Assembly: GCA_019422105.1 (NCBI GenBank)
Contig: JAHZDZ010000001.1
Location: 3,491 to 67,490, forward strand
Direction: 5' to 3'
Origin: Bacillota bacterium
GTDB taxonomy: Bacteria > Bacillota > Clostridia > Lachnospirales > Anaerotignaceae
Length of the DNA: 64,000 nucleotides
Position numbers and translations under genes: made by a program. Below, piece after piece: positions 55,945-64,000 of this stretch; position 1 is the stretch's first letter, and every line of letters starts with the position of its first letter. The notes under the pieces are model-generated. The model had not been told where the DNA came from. It did no database searches and saw only the letters and a program-made list of their open reading frames with translations.

Positions 55945-58368
55945 TCACCAAATTTCAATCCTGTCCTTAGAAGGTATATACATGCCATCTCCTTCCTCTA
56001 TTCCATAGGTATTATAAAAGAAATCAAACATATTTACCATATTGTTGACCCGGACAATTCCGGGACTGTGTTCGTCATAGTGCAAATCAAAGCGTATGCT
56101 TTCCTCCCCTTCCTTACAGGCAAAGGCCCTCGCATAGGTTTCAAAGAACGCCTCTGCATTATAGCTGTCCATATCCCTCAAAACATCAATGGCACAGGCC
56201 AGCCCACCCAAATCTGCAATGTTTTCCCGAAGCGTCTGGCTGCCATCCACCCGCTCCCCAGGCATTACCTCTACTTTGGAATAATAGGAGGCTATTTTTT
56301 CCGCCAATTTCTGAAAATGACTGAAATCACTGTCACTCCACCAGATATTATAGTTCCCCCTGTTGTCGTAATAAGCGCCCCTGTCGTCAAAGGCGTGGGA
56401 TATTTCATGGCCTACAATGACACCGATACCGCCAAGCTTCTTCTCCTTTGTCCAGGCAGGGTCATAAAAATATCCCTGCAAAATACCGGCCGGTATGGTA
56501 ATCTCATTGCGCAACAAATCATAATAGGCATTGACACTGTAACAGTCAATCACCCATTTCCCCTCCACAGGACTTTTATATCTCTTCGTCAGCTTTGACA
56601 GCTTATCCTGAAAAAACGCCCTGTAGGTGTCAAATATATTTCCGCTCTCGTTATAGGTTTTAATGGAAACACCGCTGTAATCTTCCCATTTTGCCGGATA
56701 ACCTATTTTTATTGTCATACGGCTAAGCTTGATCAGGGCCATCTCCTTGGCACTTTCAGAAAGCCAGCTGTTATTTTTCAGTCTTTCCTTATACTTTCCG
56801 ATAATCTCCTCTGTTAAATCAAATACATCCTTTTTATCAATATCCGAAAAATACTTTTCAATATAAATCCTGCCAAGGGCATCACCCATCAAAGCATTTA
56901 CAAAAGCTTTGGCGTCCGTTGTAATATTGATTGTCACGTTTGTGCCCAAAACCTCATTATACATGTCCAGATAAATTTGCCTAAGCTCCTCAGAGGCCAT
57001 GCTTGAAAGCTCCATAACCATTGTCACAGTGAGATAATCCTTTAAAAATTCCAGCGTTTCGTTTTGAAACGCCTTGTCCGTCATCACAAGGGAATCCAGA
57101 TTTCTTGTGACCACACGGTTTACATTCTCAAAGCCGATATCGTGTATCACATCGCCGATTTTTAAATTGGGCATCAGCTTCTCAATTTCATCCAGAGAAT
57201 ATTCCTGATATGCAATGCTTTCCTCCCGTATCCTTGACTGGGCAATATTCCTCTCAAAGGTTAGAATTTCCTCAGCCCGCAGCTTTGCCTCATTTTCATT
57301 TTTTCCAAGCAGCATTAAATACTTCGCAAGATATTTTTTATAAACATTTCTTGCGTTGACACTTGCCTCATCATTTTCTGTGTAGAAGCTCGCCTCATCA
57401 AACAGCCCAAGCTTCAAAGGATTCAGGTAAAAACTGTTTGACCTGTTATCCTGCTTCCCAGGCGCAATTTCATACTGGAAAAGACCATTTACACCGCAGT
57501 CCTTCGCGTTATAGATAATCGCCTGCCTCAATTCATTTTTGGATGCCGCATCTGTTATTGCGCCTAAATTCTCATTCAGAGGGACAAGTCCCTGCCAGTT
57601 ACGGTATGTTGTGTCAATAAATTGTTTGTAAATCTCGCCTATTTTCCATTCATCGGAATTTCTGTCATAAATATTTTGATTATTGACACAATTACCGATA
57701 ATGCCGGCAATTTTGTTGTTTACCTGTGCTTCTACAGTGCTGAAGGAGGTAGTCTTTGTAGTACCCCACCCAAAGCCTGTATTCACCAGCCAGGGATTGT
57801 TGACATAAGTAAAAAAATTATCCTTTAAGCTGACCTGTTTCACACTGTAAGGATTGTCCTTCCCCAGATACTGGGCATTTTTAATCTTCCCGATTACCTC
57901 ATAGACATCAGATTCCGTCATATAGGCTGTAAGATTTTGCTGTTTTGTATATATTCCCAAGTATTGCAAAATATCCACATATGGTGCTGCCCATTCAAGT
58001 GCCGCGCCATATTTCTCGGTATTATCCACGTAGGGAGCCGTATTCCATCCCAAAAGCTTAACAAATATGACAGCACCCTGCGCCCATGTTATTCTCCCCT
58101 CCGGATTTGCGGCCCCGTAATTGTCGCCGGACAGATATCCTGCTTTCCTGGCAATAAGCATATCCTTGTACTTTACGTTATCTGTATCAATATCAGCAAA
58201 GGAAGCATCCTCAAAATCTGTATATTCAAAAGCCCTGTTTACAATACCGCACAGAGCCAGTCTGGTTATAAAGGGGTCTGTCTCCTCCGCGGCTGCCAAA
58301 ACCGTATTCCCGAATGTCAGAAAAACAGCCAGCCATATGGCAATGCACTTTCTTATCCACCTTCTCAT
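55945..58368 (-). CDS. M13 (neprilysin/PepO) family metalloendopeptidase with signal peptide and an SLH-like N-terminal module
   Basis: VIVGHEISHAFD (HExxH) and ENIADLGG motifs. The N-terminal segment FADIDTDNVKYKDMLIARKAGYLSG...NPEGRITWAQGAVIFVKLL resembles an S-layer-homology repeat. The ATG at 58368 follows GGAGG; the ORF track starts at 58431. Confidence 0.82.
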   Translation of the reverse strand: MRRWIRKCIAIWLAVFLTFGNTVLAAAEETDPFITRLALCGIVNRAFEYTDFEDASFADIDTDNVKYKDMLIARKAGYLSGDNYGAANPEGRITWAQGAVIFVKLLGWNTAPYVDNTEKYGAALEWAAPYVDILQYLGIYTKQQNLTAYMTESDVYEVIGKIKNAQYLGKDNPYSVKQVSLKDNFFTYVNNPWLVNTGFGWGTTKTTSFSTVEAQVNNKIAGIIGNCVNNQNIYDRNSDEWKIGEIYKQFIDTTYRNWQGLVPLNENLGAITDAASKNELRQAIIYNAKDCGVNGLFQYEIAPGKQDNRSNSFYLNPLKLGLFDEASFYTENDEASVNARNVYKKYLAKYLMLLGKNENEAKLRAEEILTFERNIAQSRIREESIAYQEYSLDEIEKLMPNLKIGDVIHDIGFENVNRVVTRNLDSLVMTDKAFQNETLEFLKDYLTVTMVMELSSMASEELRQIYLDMYNEVLGTNVTINITTDAKAFVNALMGDALGRIYIEKYFSDIDKKDVFDLTEEIIGKYKERLKNNSWLSESAKEMALIKLSRMTIKIGYPAKWEDYSGVSIKTYNESGNIFDTYRAFFQDKLSKLTKRYKSPVEGKWVIDCYSVNAYYDLLRNEITIPAGILQGYFYDPAWTKEKKLGGIGVIVGHEISHAFDDRGAYYDNRGNYNIWWSDSDFSHFQKLAEKIASYYSKVEVMPGERVDGSQTLRENIADLGGLACAIDVLRDMDSYNAEAFFETYARAFACKEGEESIRFDLHYDEHSPGIVRVNNMVNMFDFFYNTYGIEEGDGMYIPSKDRIEIW

Positions 58369-58567
58369 AATTCTGCCTCCATGATGCGTTTTGCCGTATA
58401 AAAAAGAGGGCGCATAGACAGGATAATACACAATATCCCTTCTCTATGCACCCCTTTTCCTCAGAATTTACGCATTGCCAGAGAATGCGGTTGACACCGT
58501 ATGCTTCTCCATCTGCGTACTATTAATACTATAATACAATCTGAGGCAGAAAACTATTAATTTTCTA

Positions 58568-59704
58568 TTAAAATATACTTCCGCTTATAATCATACGCTG
58601 TATTTCATTGGTTCCCTCATAAATCTGTGTTATCTTGGAGTCACGGAACATTCTCTCCACATGCTGTTCCCTCATGTAGCCTGCGCCGCCCATAGACTGA
58701 ACACATTCCGTTGTCACCCTCATTGCCAGGTTGCTGCACGCAAGCTTCGCTTTACATGCCGCTACAGCAAAGTCCATTCCTTCCTGCTGCTCCCAAACAC
58801 CTCTGTATAAAAGCCATTTTGCCATATCAATTTCCGTTCTTAAATCAGCCATACGGAAAGCCATGTACTGATTTTTGCAGATTGGTTTGCCAAACTGCTC
58901 TCTTTCCTTCATATAATCTCTGGCTATATCAAAAGCACCCTCTGCAAGTCCCAGGCCCTGCGCCGCTACGCCAAGTCTGCCTGCATTTAAAGCCGTCAAA
59001 GCATAACGGAAGCCTTTTCCTTCTACGCCAACCATTCTGCTTGCGGGAATTACAGCATCCTCAAAGAGGATTTCCGCTACTCTTGCGCTGCGGATACCGC
59101 ACTTGTTCTCAATATGACCGATACGAACACCCGGCGTTTTCTTTAAATCCACAAGGAACGCTGTCAAGCCCTTGGGGCCCTTTGATAAATCGGTATTCGC
59201 AATCAGCATACAATAATCTGCAACCACACTGTTTGTAATATAGTGCTTGCTGCCGTTAATGATATAGTTGTCGCCATCCCGCACGGCCGTTGTTTTTGCC
59301 GAACCTGCGTCAGAACCTGCGTCGGGCTCTGTCAAAGCAAAACATCCAATAGAATCGCCGCTGAATAAATGCGGCAGGCAGTGCATTTTTTGCTCCTCAT
59401 TTGCAAATGTAAAAATGCCTGTTGTAAAGGTAGAGGAAATTGCATAGGCAATCGCAAAAGAAGAATCCACTTTGCTTAGCTCCTCAACCACAAGAATAAA
59501 GGACAGATAGTCATCGCCCTGGCCGCCGTATTCCTTCGGAAACTGAATGCCGATTAATTTTTCGTCTCCCAGCTTCTTTAAAAGATCCATTGGAAATACT
59601 TCAGCATTATCTCTTTCAATAACGCCTTCGCGAAGCTCTCTCTCAGCAAACGCCCTTGCTTTGTCCCGATACATTTTCTGCTTTTCTGTTAAACTAAAAT
59701 CCAT
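58568..59704 (-). CDS. Acyl-CoA dehydrogenase (short-chain/butyryl-CoA dehydrogenase-like)
   Basis: 378 aa with GCFALTEPDAGSD and the C-terminal YEGTNEIQRMIISG catalytic-Glu context. AGAGGAGG RBS. Confidence 0.9.
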   Translation of the reverse strand: MDFSLTEKQKMYRDKARAFAERELREGVIERDNAEVFPMDLLKKLGDEKLIGIQFPKEYGGQGDDYLSFILVVEELSKVDSSFAIAYAISSTFTTGIFTFANEEQKMHCLPHLFSGDSIGCFALTEPDAGSDAGSAKTTAVRDGDNYIINGSKHYITNSVVADYCMLIANTDLSKGPKGLTAFLVDLKKTPGVRIGHIENKCGIRSARVAEILFEDAVIPASRMVGVEGKGFRYALTALNAGRLGVAAQGLGLAEGAFDIARDYMKEREQFGKPICKNQYMAFRMADLRTEIDMAKWLLYRGVWEQQEGMDFAVAACKAKLACSNLAMRVTTECVQSMGGAGYMREQHVERMFRDSKITQIYEGTNEIQRMIISGSIF

Positions 59705-60139
59705 TCAAAATACCTCCTCTTTTTTCCAAAAACCAAACTATTTTTCCCCAATCTCAATTTAACAGATACTATCGGTGTAAAGTCAACCCAAAGAAAAAAA
59801 TTTTAATTTTTCTTTTTTTATGTATTTTTATGAAAACTCTCCTATAGGCAAGCATAGAGCTATGAGGACAGTCTCAGCTGCCGGAAAATACCATTATTTT
59901 TCTCCAAGCTTCCCCTAACGTAAACCTTTTGCCGCCGGTCTCTCTGCCAAGCCCTTCCTCACTCGAAATTCCCATGCTGCCGCTTGTAATTTAGGTACTG
60001 TGGAGTACTGTCACAGGTCATTTCAAGCCGTTTCATTGTATCCTTGCAGTATGTCTCCCATTATGCACACATCAAAAAACTTTGCTGCTTTTTATTGCCG
60101 CCGATCCGTGTCTGCCTGAATCCCCATTGCTGTACGCCG

Positions 60140-61228
60140 TTACAGCATATTTATATCAATCACCTTTTTTGTAAGCGCCAAAACCAGTTTTTCAATGGCA
60201 ACACAGTCGTCTAGGCACAAAACCTCCGTCGGAGAATGGGAATACCTCCTTGGAAGGGCAATACACATGGTGGCGTTGCCTTTTCCCGCATTCACAGAGC
60301 CGGAACCGTTATTGGAATAAAATGCGCCAACAAACGCAAACTCCTGCACAGGGATATTTTCAGCAGCCGCTGTCTTTCTGGTGGCCTCAAGAAGCTTTGG
60401 ATGGGCAACCGCATAATTAAATGCTCGCAAATTATGCTGTACCAGCATCAAAGCAGCGCCGCCGCCGATTTTCAGAGGATTGTCAATCTCGCTGGAATCC
60501 GGCACGTCTCCCGTTGGCACCGTATCAAAAAGGAAGCAGTAATCCGGATTAATATGAAGGATTGCCGGCTGTATTCCCCTGACTGTAACCTCCTCCAATG
60601 TGGTAAAGGTAAAATAGTGCGAACCTCTGATGGCATTTTTGTCTATCCTCTTTATCACATCCACAAGTATAGCGCAAAGCGCACGGCAGTCCGCCGCTCT
60701 TGTCACCAGAAAATTGGGATCGGCAAGCTCTGTACAGGGACTGTCTATTACCATCTGGCATCCCGGCCGCACTCCCATCTCCAGCGCCTTTTCTCTGCTT
60801 CCGGCACAGATATCCACATAGGATACTTTCGCGGTCTGCATTTTTTTCAGCTCCTCCTCCGAGAGCATATGGGTAGAACGTGTTCCAATCACTCCCGGAA
60901 TAACTCCCTTTTCCGTCTTTATTAATACCCTGCGGCTTGGAAGAACCGCATCGGAGGAACCGCCCACCTTTCCAAAATATAAAAATCCTTTTTCGTCTAT
61001 ACTTCTGATAACATAGCCAACCTCGTCCAAATGAGCGTCATAGAGAACCTTTGGTCCGTCCTGTGCCCCCTTCACCGTCACAATCAAATTTCCGTTGGCC
61101 AGCATCTCTATGTTGTCAGCATAATCCTTTACCTCATTGGCAATGTATTTCGCTATGTCCCACTCATATCCGCAAACGCCGATGAGACTTGTCAGTGCTT
61201 TGATTTCCTTTCTCAATGCTTCCTTCAT
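60140..61228 (-). CDS. M42-family metallopeptidase (TET/FrvX/YsdC-like aminopeptidase)
   Basis: About 362 aa with the AHLDEVGYVI metal-ligand motif, a PDZ-like insert and a C-terminal HSPTE motif. Confidence 0.8.
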   Translation of the reverse strand: MKEALRKEIKALTSLIGVCGYEWDIAKYIANEVKDYADNIEMLANGNLIVTVKGAQDGPKVLYDAHLDEVGYVIRSIDEKGFLYFGKVGGSSDAVLPSRRVLIKTEKGVIPGVIGTRSTHMLSEEELKKMQTAKVSYVDICAGSREKALEMGVRPGCQMVIDSPCTELADPNFLVTRAADCRALCAILVDVIKRIDKNAIRGSHYFTFTTLEEVTVRGIQPAILHINPDYCFLFDTVPTGDVPDSSEIDNPLKIGGGAALMLVQHNLRAFNYAVAHPKLLEATRKTAAAENIPVQEFAFVGAFYSNNGSGSVNAGKGNATMCIALPRRYSHSPTEVLCLDDCVAIEKLVLALTKKVIDINML

Positions 61229-61374
61229 ACGAATCACTCCATTCTGCGCATTCTATGAACCATAACGTATTTTCTTTTTGCTTCATGTAAACAGGAGCTG
61301 CACTGCGGGCAAATGTGCATCTCACCTCAGTAAGATTCCTCCCCCTTCGGCAAACAGCCTTCTTCTGTTTTTCA

Positions 61375-61758
61375 TTAGACAGCTCTGGGCAGCTCATAGA
61401 CAGCAGTCATCACCATAACAAGAACAGGATCGGCAATGATGTCTGCAGAGCTCTCAAAGGGAGCGTTTTCCGGCAGGCACCCGACCTTAAAGCATCTGGT
61501 CTCCAGCGTAACCCGCCTGCCTTCAGCCTGCAGTACACGTGCGTGATATTCCATATAGTCTCCCGCGTAGCAGGGACAAAACATACGGTTTTTCGTCACC
61601 TTTACACATCGGCCCATATTGCCGAATTCTTTGGCCATAAGGCGGTTGGCACAGTCGCCCATCAGGGTAACGTTCCTGGCGCCGTTGACAAGACCTCCTC
61701 CATAATAACAGTCTTTTTGTGATAATCTGCTGCGCATGCATATTGTACGGTCACTCAT
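61375..61758 (-). CDS. Hotdog-fold protein, beta-aminoacyl-CoA ammonia-lyase (Acl/Kal)-like paralog B
   Basis: 127 aa. KDCYYGGGLVNGARNVTLMGDCA and YAGDYMEYHARV resemble the AHY.G.LV.GA....GD and VYVGDFMEYHG segments that I recall from beta-alanyl-CoA and 3-aminobutyryl-CoA ammonia-lyases. Confidence 0.55.
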   Translation of the reverse strand: MSDRTICMRSRLSQKDCYYGGGLVNGARNVTLMGDCANRLMAKEFGNMGRCVKVTKNRMFCPCYAGDYMEYHARVLQAEGRRVTLETRCFKVGCLPENAPFESSADIIADPVLVMVMTAVYELPRAV

Positions 61759-61784
61759 AACATATTCTCCTTTCCCGGTTATTT

Positions 61785-62234
61785 TTAGCAGTCAATTTCC
61801 ATCCATGGATTTTTTACAATGCCGTCCGGCTGTATGCCTCGCTGAAGCTCCTTTTTCACTACTAGGATACACTCAAATGTCGCAATCAGCCTGGGCTCTT
61901 CAAACCATACCATATCTCCCTCAAGCGCATCATCTATTCCCGCGCGGCGGGCAGGCGTTGCCAGCTTGTATACAGAACAGGAGGTGGTGCGGGATGTGTT
62001 GCCCACCTTATCCAAAGACGCCCTGAACTGAATCATATCCCCAACATATATATCCTCCATAATTTCTACATCCGGATAGCCGAGGGCCAGTGACTCGTCT
62101 CCGTCATTGAGAATAAGAACCTCCGTCTCTGCATCACCCGCAATATCAAAAAGTCTTCCATAGTGAACCACCCCATCCGCCGTACTGGCGTCTACGGAGC
62201 TGAGGTTCCGATCTAAAAAGGATACTGTTCTCAT
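61785..62234 (-). CDS. Hotdog-fold protein, beta-aminoacyl-CoA ammonia-lyase (Acl/Kal)-like paralog A
   Basis: 149 aa. DGDESLALGYPDVEIMEDIYVGDMIQFRASLDKVGNTSRT matches the DGD..L.LGY..IEF...VYVGD......I.KVGN.S pattern that I recall for Acl/Kal. Confidence 0.55.
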   Translation of the reverse strand: MRTVSFLDRNLSSVDASTADGVVHYGRLFDIAGDAETEVLILNDGDESLALGYPDVEIMEDIYVGDMIQFRASLDKVGNTSRTTSCSVYKLATPARRAGIDDALEGDMVWFEEPRLIATFECILVVKKELQRGIQPDGIVKNPWMEIDC

Positions 62235-62282
62235 AATTCATTCCTCCATTTTCTAATATTTGACCCTATGCGGGTAATTGAT

Positions 62283-63461
62283 TTACATAATGCCCTCCAT
62301 TTTGAACTGTTCCAGCTGTTCCACTGTCAGACCAAACACTGATAAATTATCCTGTCCCAGCAGCGGCGACGCCTGTTCAACGCTTCCAGGCGTCCGTGAA
62401 AGCTTCATAACACAGCCCTGAAGCTTCATATCCCCCGCCAAGGGATGTCTGCATGGAACTACCATCTCACGCGCTTTAATATGGGAAGACTCAATAATTT
62501 CCTTCATATTAAGCAGTGGGCCGCAGGGAATACTGGCCTCGGCCATAATGGCTTCCACCTCTTTTTTTGTCCTTTCGCTGCACCAGTCATTTATAACCTT
62601 CTGCAAATCAGGAATATAGTTCTCATGACGCAGACTGTTTGTTTTATACCGCGGGTCCTCTTTCAGCCACGGACGGCCGATTACATCACAGAAAACCCCA
62701 AACTGCCGATCATTGCCAACTCCGATTGTTATGTAGCCGTCCCTGCATTCATATACATCAAAGGGCGCTATAATCATGTCCACATTACCACTGCGCTTTG
62801 CAATTTCGCCGTTCATGGTATAATCCACAACAGCGCTCTCCAAAATACTGAAAATTGTGTCTACCATAGAAACATCGACCTGCTGTCCTTCCCCTGTCAT
62901 GGCCCTGTGGTAAAGGGCAAGAAGTATCCCCGTGGCAAGATAGATGCCGGAGACATGGTCAGCGACGGAAGGGCCGACCTTAACCGGCTTGCCGTCAGGA
63001 TAACCGGTCAAATTCAGTATGCCGCCCATAGCCTGTGCTATAGAATCAAAACAGGGGCGTTCTGCCAGAGGGCCATACTGTCCAAAGCCGGACCCGGAAG
63101 CGTAGATGATTTTGGGATTAATTTTATAGAGCGTCTCATAATCAATTTGCAGCCTTTTGGTAACACCGCCCTTATAGTTTTCAACCACCACATCAGCATT
63201 CCTTACCATTTCATAAAAAAATTGGCGGGCTTTTTCATTTTTCAAATTTAACGTCACACCTTTTTTGTTTCGGTTCCAGTTGCAAAAGCAGCCGCTCTCT
63301 CCGCTTTTGGGGTCAATGGGAACAAGCCCTCTTCCCATTTCACCGCCCGGCGGTTCAATTTTCAATACATCAGCCCCATAATCGGCTAAAATCATGGTAC
63401 AAAAAGGACCGCTGAGAGCAGAAGTCAAATCCAGAACCTTGAGACCCTGTAATGCTTTCAT
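62283..63461 (-). CDS. Class III CoA-transferase (CaiB/BaiF family)
   Basis: LQGLKVLDLTSALSGPFCTMILADYGADVLKIEPP is the family N-terminal signature. The catalytic-Asp region is GPSVADHVSG. The ATG at 63461 follows AAGAGGT; the ORF track starts at 63485. Confidence 0.88.
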   Translation of the reverse strand: MKALQGLKVLDLTSALSGPFCTMILADYGADVLKIEPPGGEMGRGLVPIDPKSGESGCFCNWNRNKKGVTLNLKNEKARQFFYEMVRNADVVVENYKGGVTKRLQIDYETLYKINPKIIYASGSGFGQYGPLAERPCFDSIAQAMGGILNLTGYPDGKPVKVGPSVADHVSGIYLATGILLALYHRAMTGEGQQVDVSMVDTIFSILESAVVDYTMNGEIAKRSGNVDMIIAPFDVYECRDGYITIGVGNDRQFGVFCDVIGRPWLKEDPRYKTNSLRHENYIPDLQKVINDWCSERTKKEVEAIMAEASIPCGPLLNMKEIIESSHIKAREMVVPCRHPLAGDMKLQGCVMKLSRTPGSVEQASPLLGQDNLSVFGLTVEQLEQFKMEGIM

Positions 63462-63644
63462 TTTCAATACCTCTTTTCCAGTCACAGTCTAGCTTGATAC
63501 CTGTTTCATATTTTTATGGTAACAATTCCAGCCGCGTGAATGTCAACAGGTACTTGCATTTTTTATGAACTGCCCGGTTAGGAAAAGTCCCAAAAGGTTC
63601 CCCTTAGGGGAATACCAAAAGAGCATATTCCTTTATGAACGCAA

Positions 63645-63668
63645 ACAAAAAAGCCGCAGCGCGGCCTT
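63645..63668 (-). terminator. Terminator-like hairpin upstream of the CoA-transferase promoter region
   Basis: Minus strand reads AAGGCCGC-GCT-GCGGCTT followed by TTTTGTTTG. Confidence 0.55.
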
Positions 63669-63965
63669 CCTGTTCTGATCTGTTCTGATCTCTTCAGATC
63701 AAACTATTTTTTGTGTGAAATCTAATTTAGAAATCAGGACTTGTGAATAAAATTGGTGAAATAAAAAAATACTATTTTCCGAAACCTTGATGTCAAACCA
63801 TTTTTAGCTATCCTTTTTTCGTTTACTGTGAAACCCCTCTTATTCAGCATAAAATTTTACGTTTTCCTTTTTATTTTTACGCTGTTTTAGCCACAACACC
63901 GACATATACATATATACAAATTTAATCTTCCTCTAATATTCTGTGCCATTAGAAAATTTCAAAAT

Positions 63966-63995
63966 AAAGAAAGCTTGATTAATCAAGCTTTCTTT
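63966..63995. terminator. Perfect 30-nt palindrome (hairpin) at the window edge
   Basis: AAAGAAAGCTTGATT|AATCAAGCTTTCTTT. Confidence 0.45.
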
Positions 63996-64000
63996 GCTTA

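Noticed and set aside
60236-60925. 229-aa plus-strand ORF
   Set aside because: It is antisense to the M42 peptidase gene and has the same shadow-ORF character.
62445-63251. 268-aa plus-strand ORF
   Set aside because: It is antisense to the class III CoA-transferase gene, which has clear family motifs. It has no RBS and no recognisable motifs.

Overview
The window looks like a chromosomal segment of a spore-forming Firmicute, probably a Clostridia or Lachnospiraceae-like organism. The evidence is spoIIM, a spoIVFA/spoIVFB-like pair, about 43% GC, AGGAGG ribosome-binding sites and butyrate-type CoA enzymes. About 56 protein genes are dense and mostly on the minus strand. I saw no rRNA, tRNA, CRISPR array, transposase, integrase cassette or phage genes.

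Most content is housekeeping:
- punA-xerD-spoIIM-nudF synteny, RNase Y, and RNase G with two conserved radical-SAM partners
- def, mgtE, an SPFH/NfeD pair, comEB, cysK, feoAB and glcK

Several accessory modules sit among these:
- A MacAB-like ABC efflux set (adaptor, ATPase, permease) with its own two-component system and a secreted TolC/OEP-like protein.
- Two uncharacterised polytopic membrane proteins followed by an M20 amidohydrolase, behind an 820-nt AT-rich control region.
- A NitT/TauT-type ABC importer.
- A candidate beta-aminoacyl-CoA catabolic module: a class III CoA-transferase, two tandem Acl/Kal-like hotdog ammonia-lyase paralogs, an M42 peptidase and an acyl-CoA dehydrogenase. 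I consider this the best candidate for an undescribed system.

Other notable signals:
- A structured repeat family with conserved ATTTAACCG...CGGTTAT termini that abuts or overlaps stop codons (3 copies).
- A 44-nt hairpin repeat (3 copies).
- A spoIVFA-like M23 peptidase split at an A6 run that also fits an A_AAA_AAT slippery heptamer.
- A CxxC-less thioredoxin-fold lipoprotein.
- Unusually long non-coding gaps filled with degenerate repeats.

All family assignments come from motifs read by eye and from memory, not from database searches.
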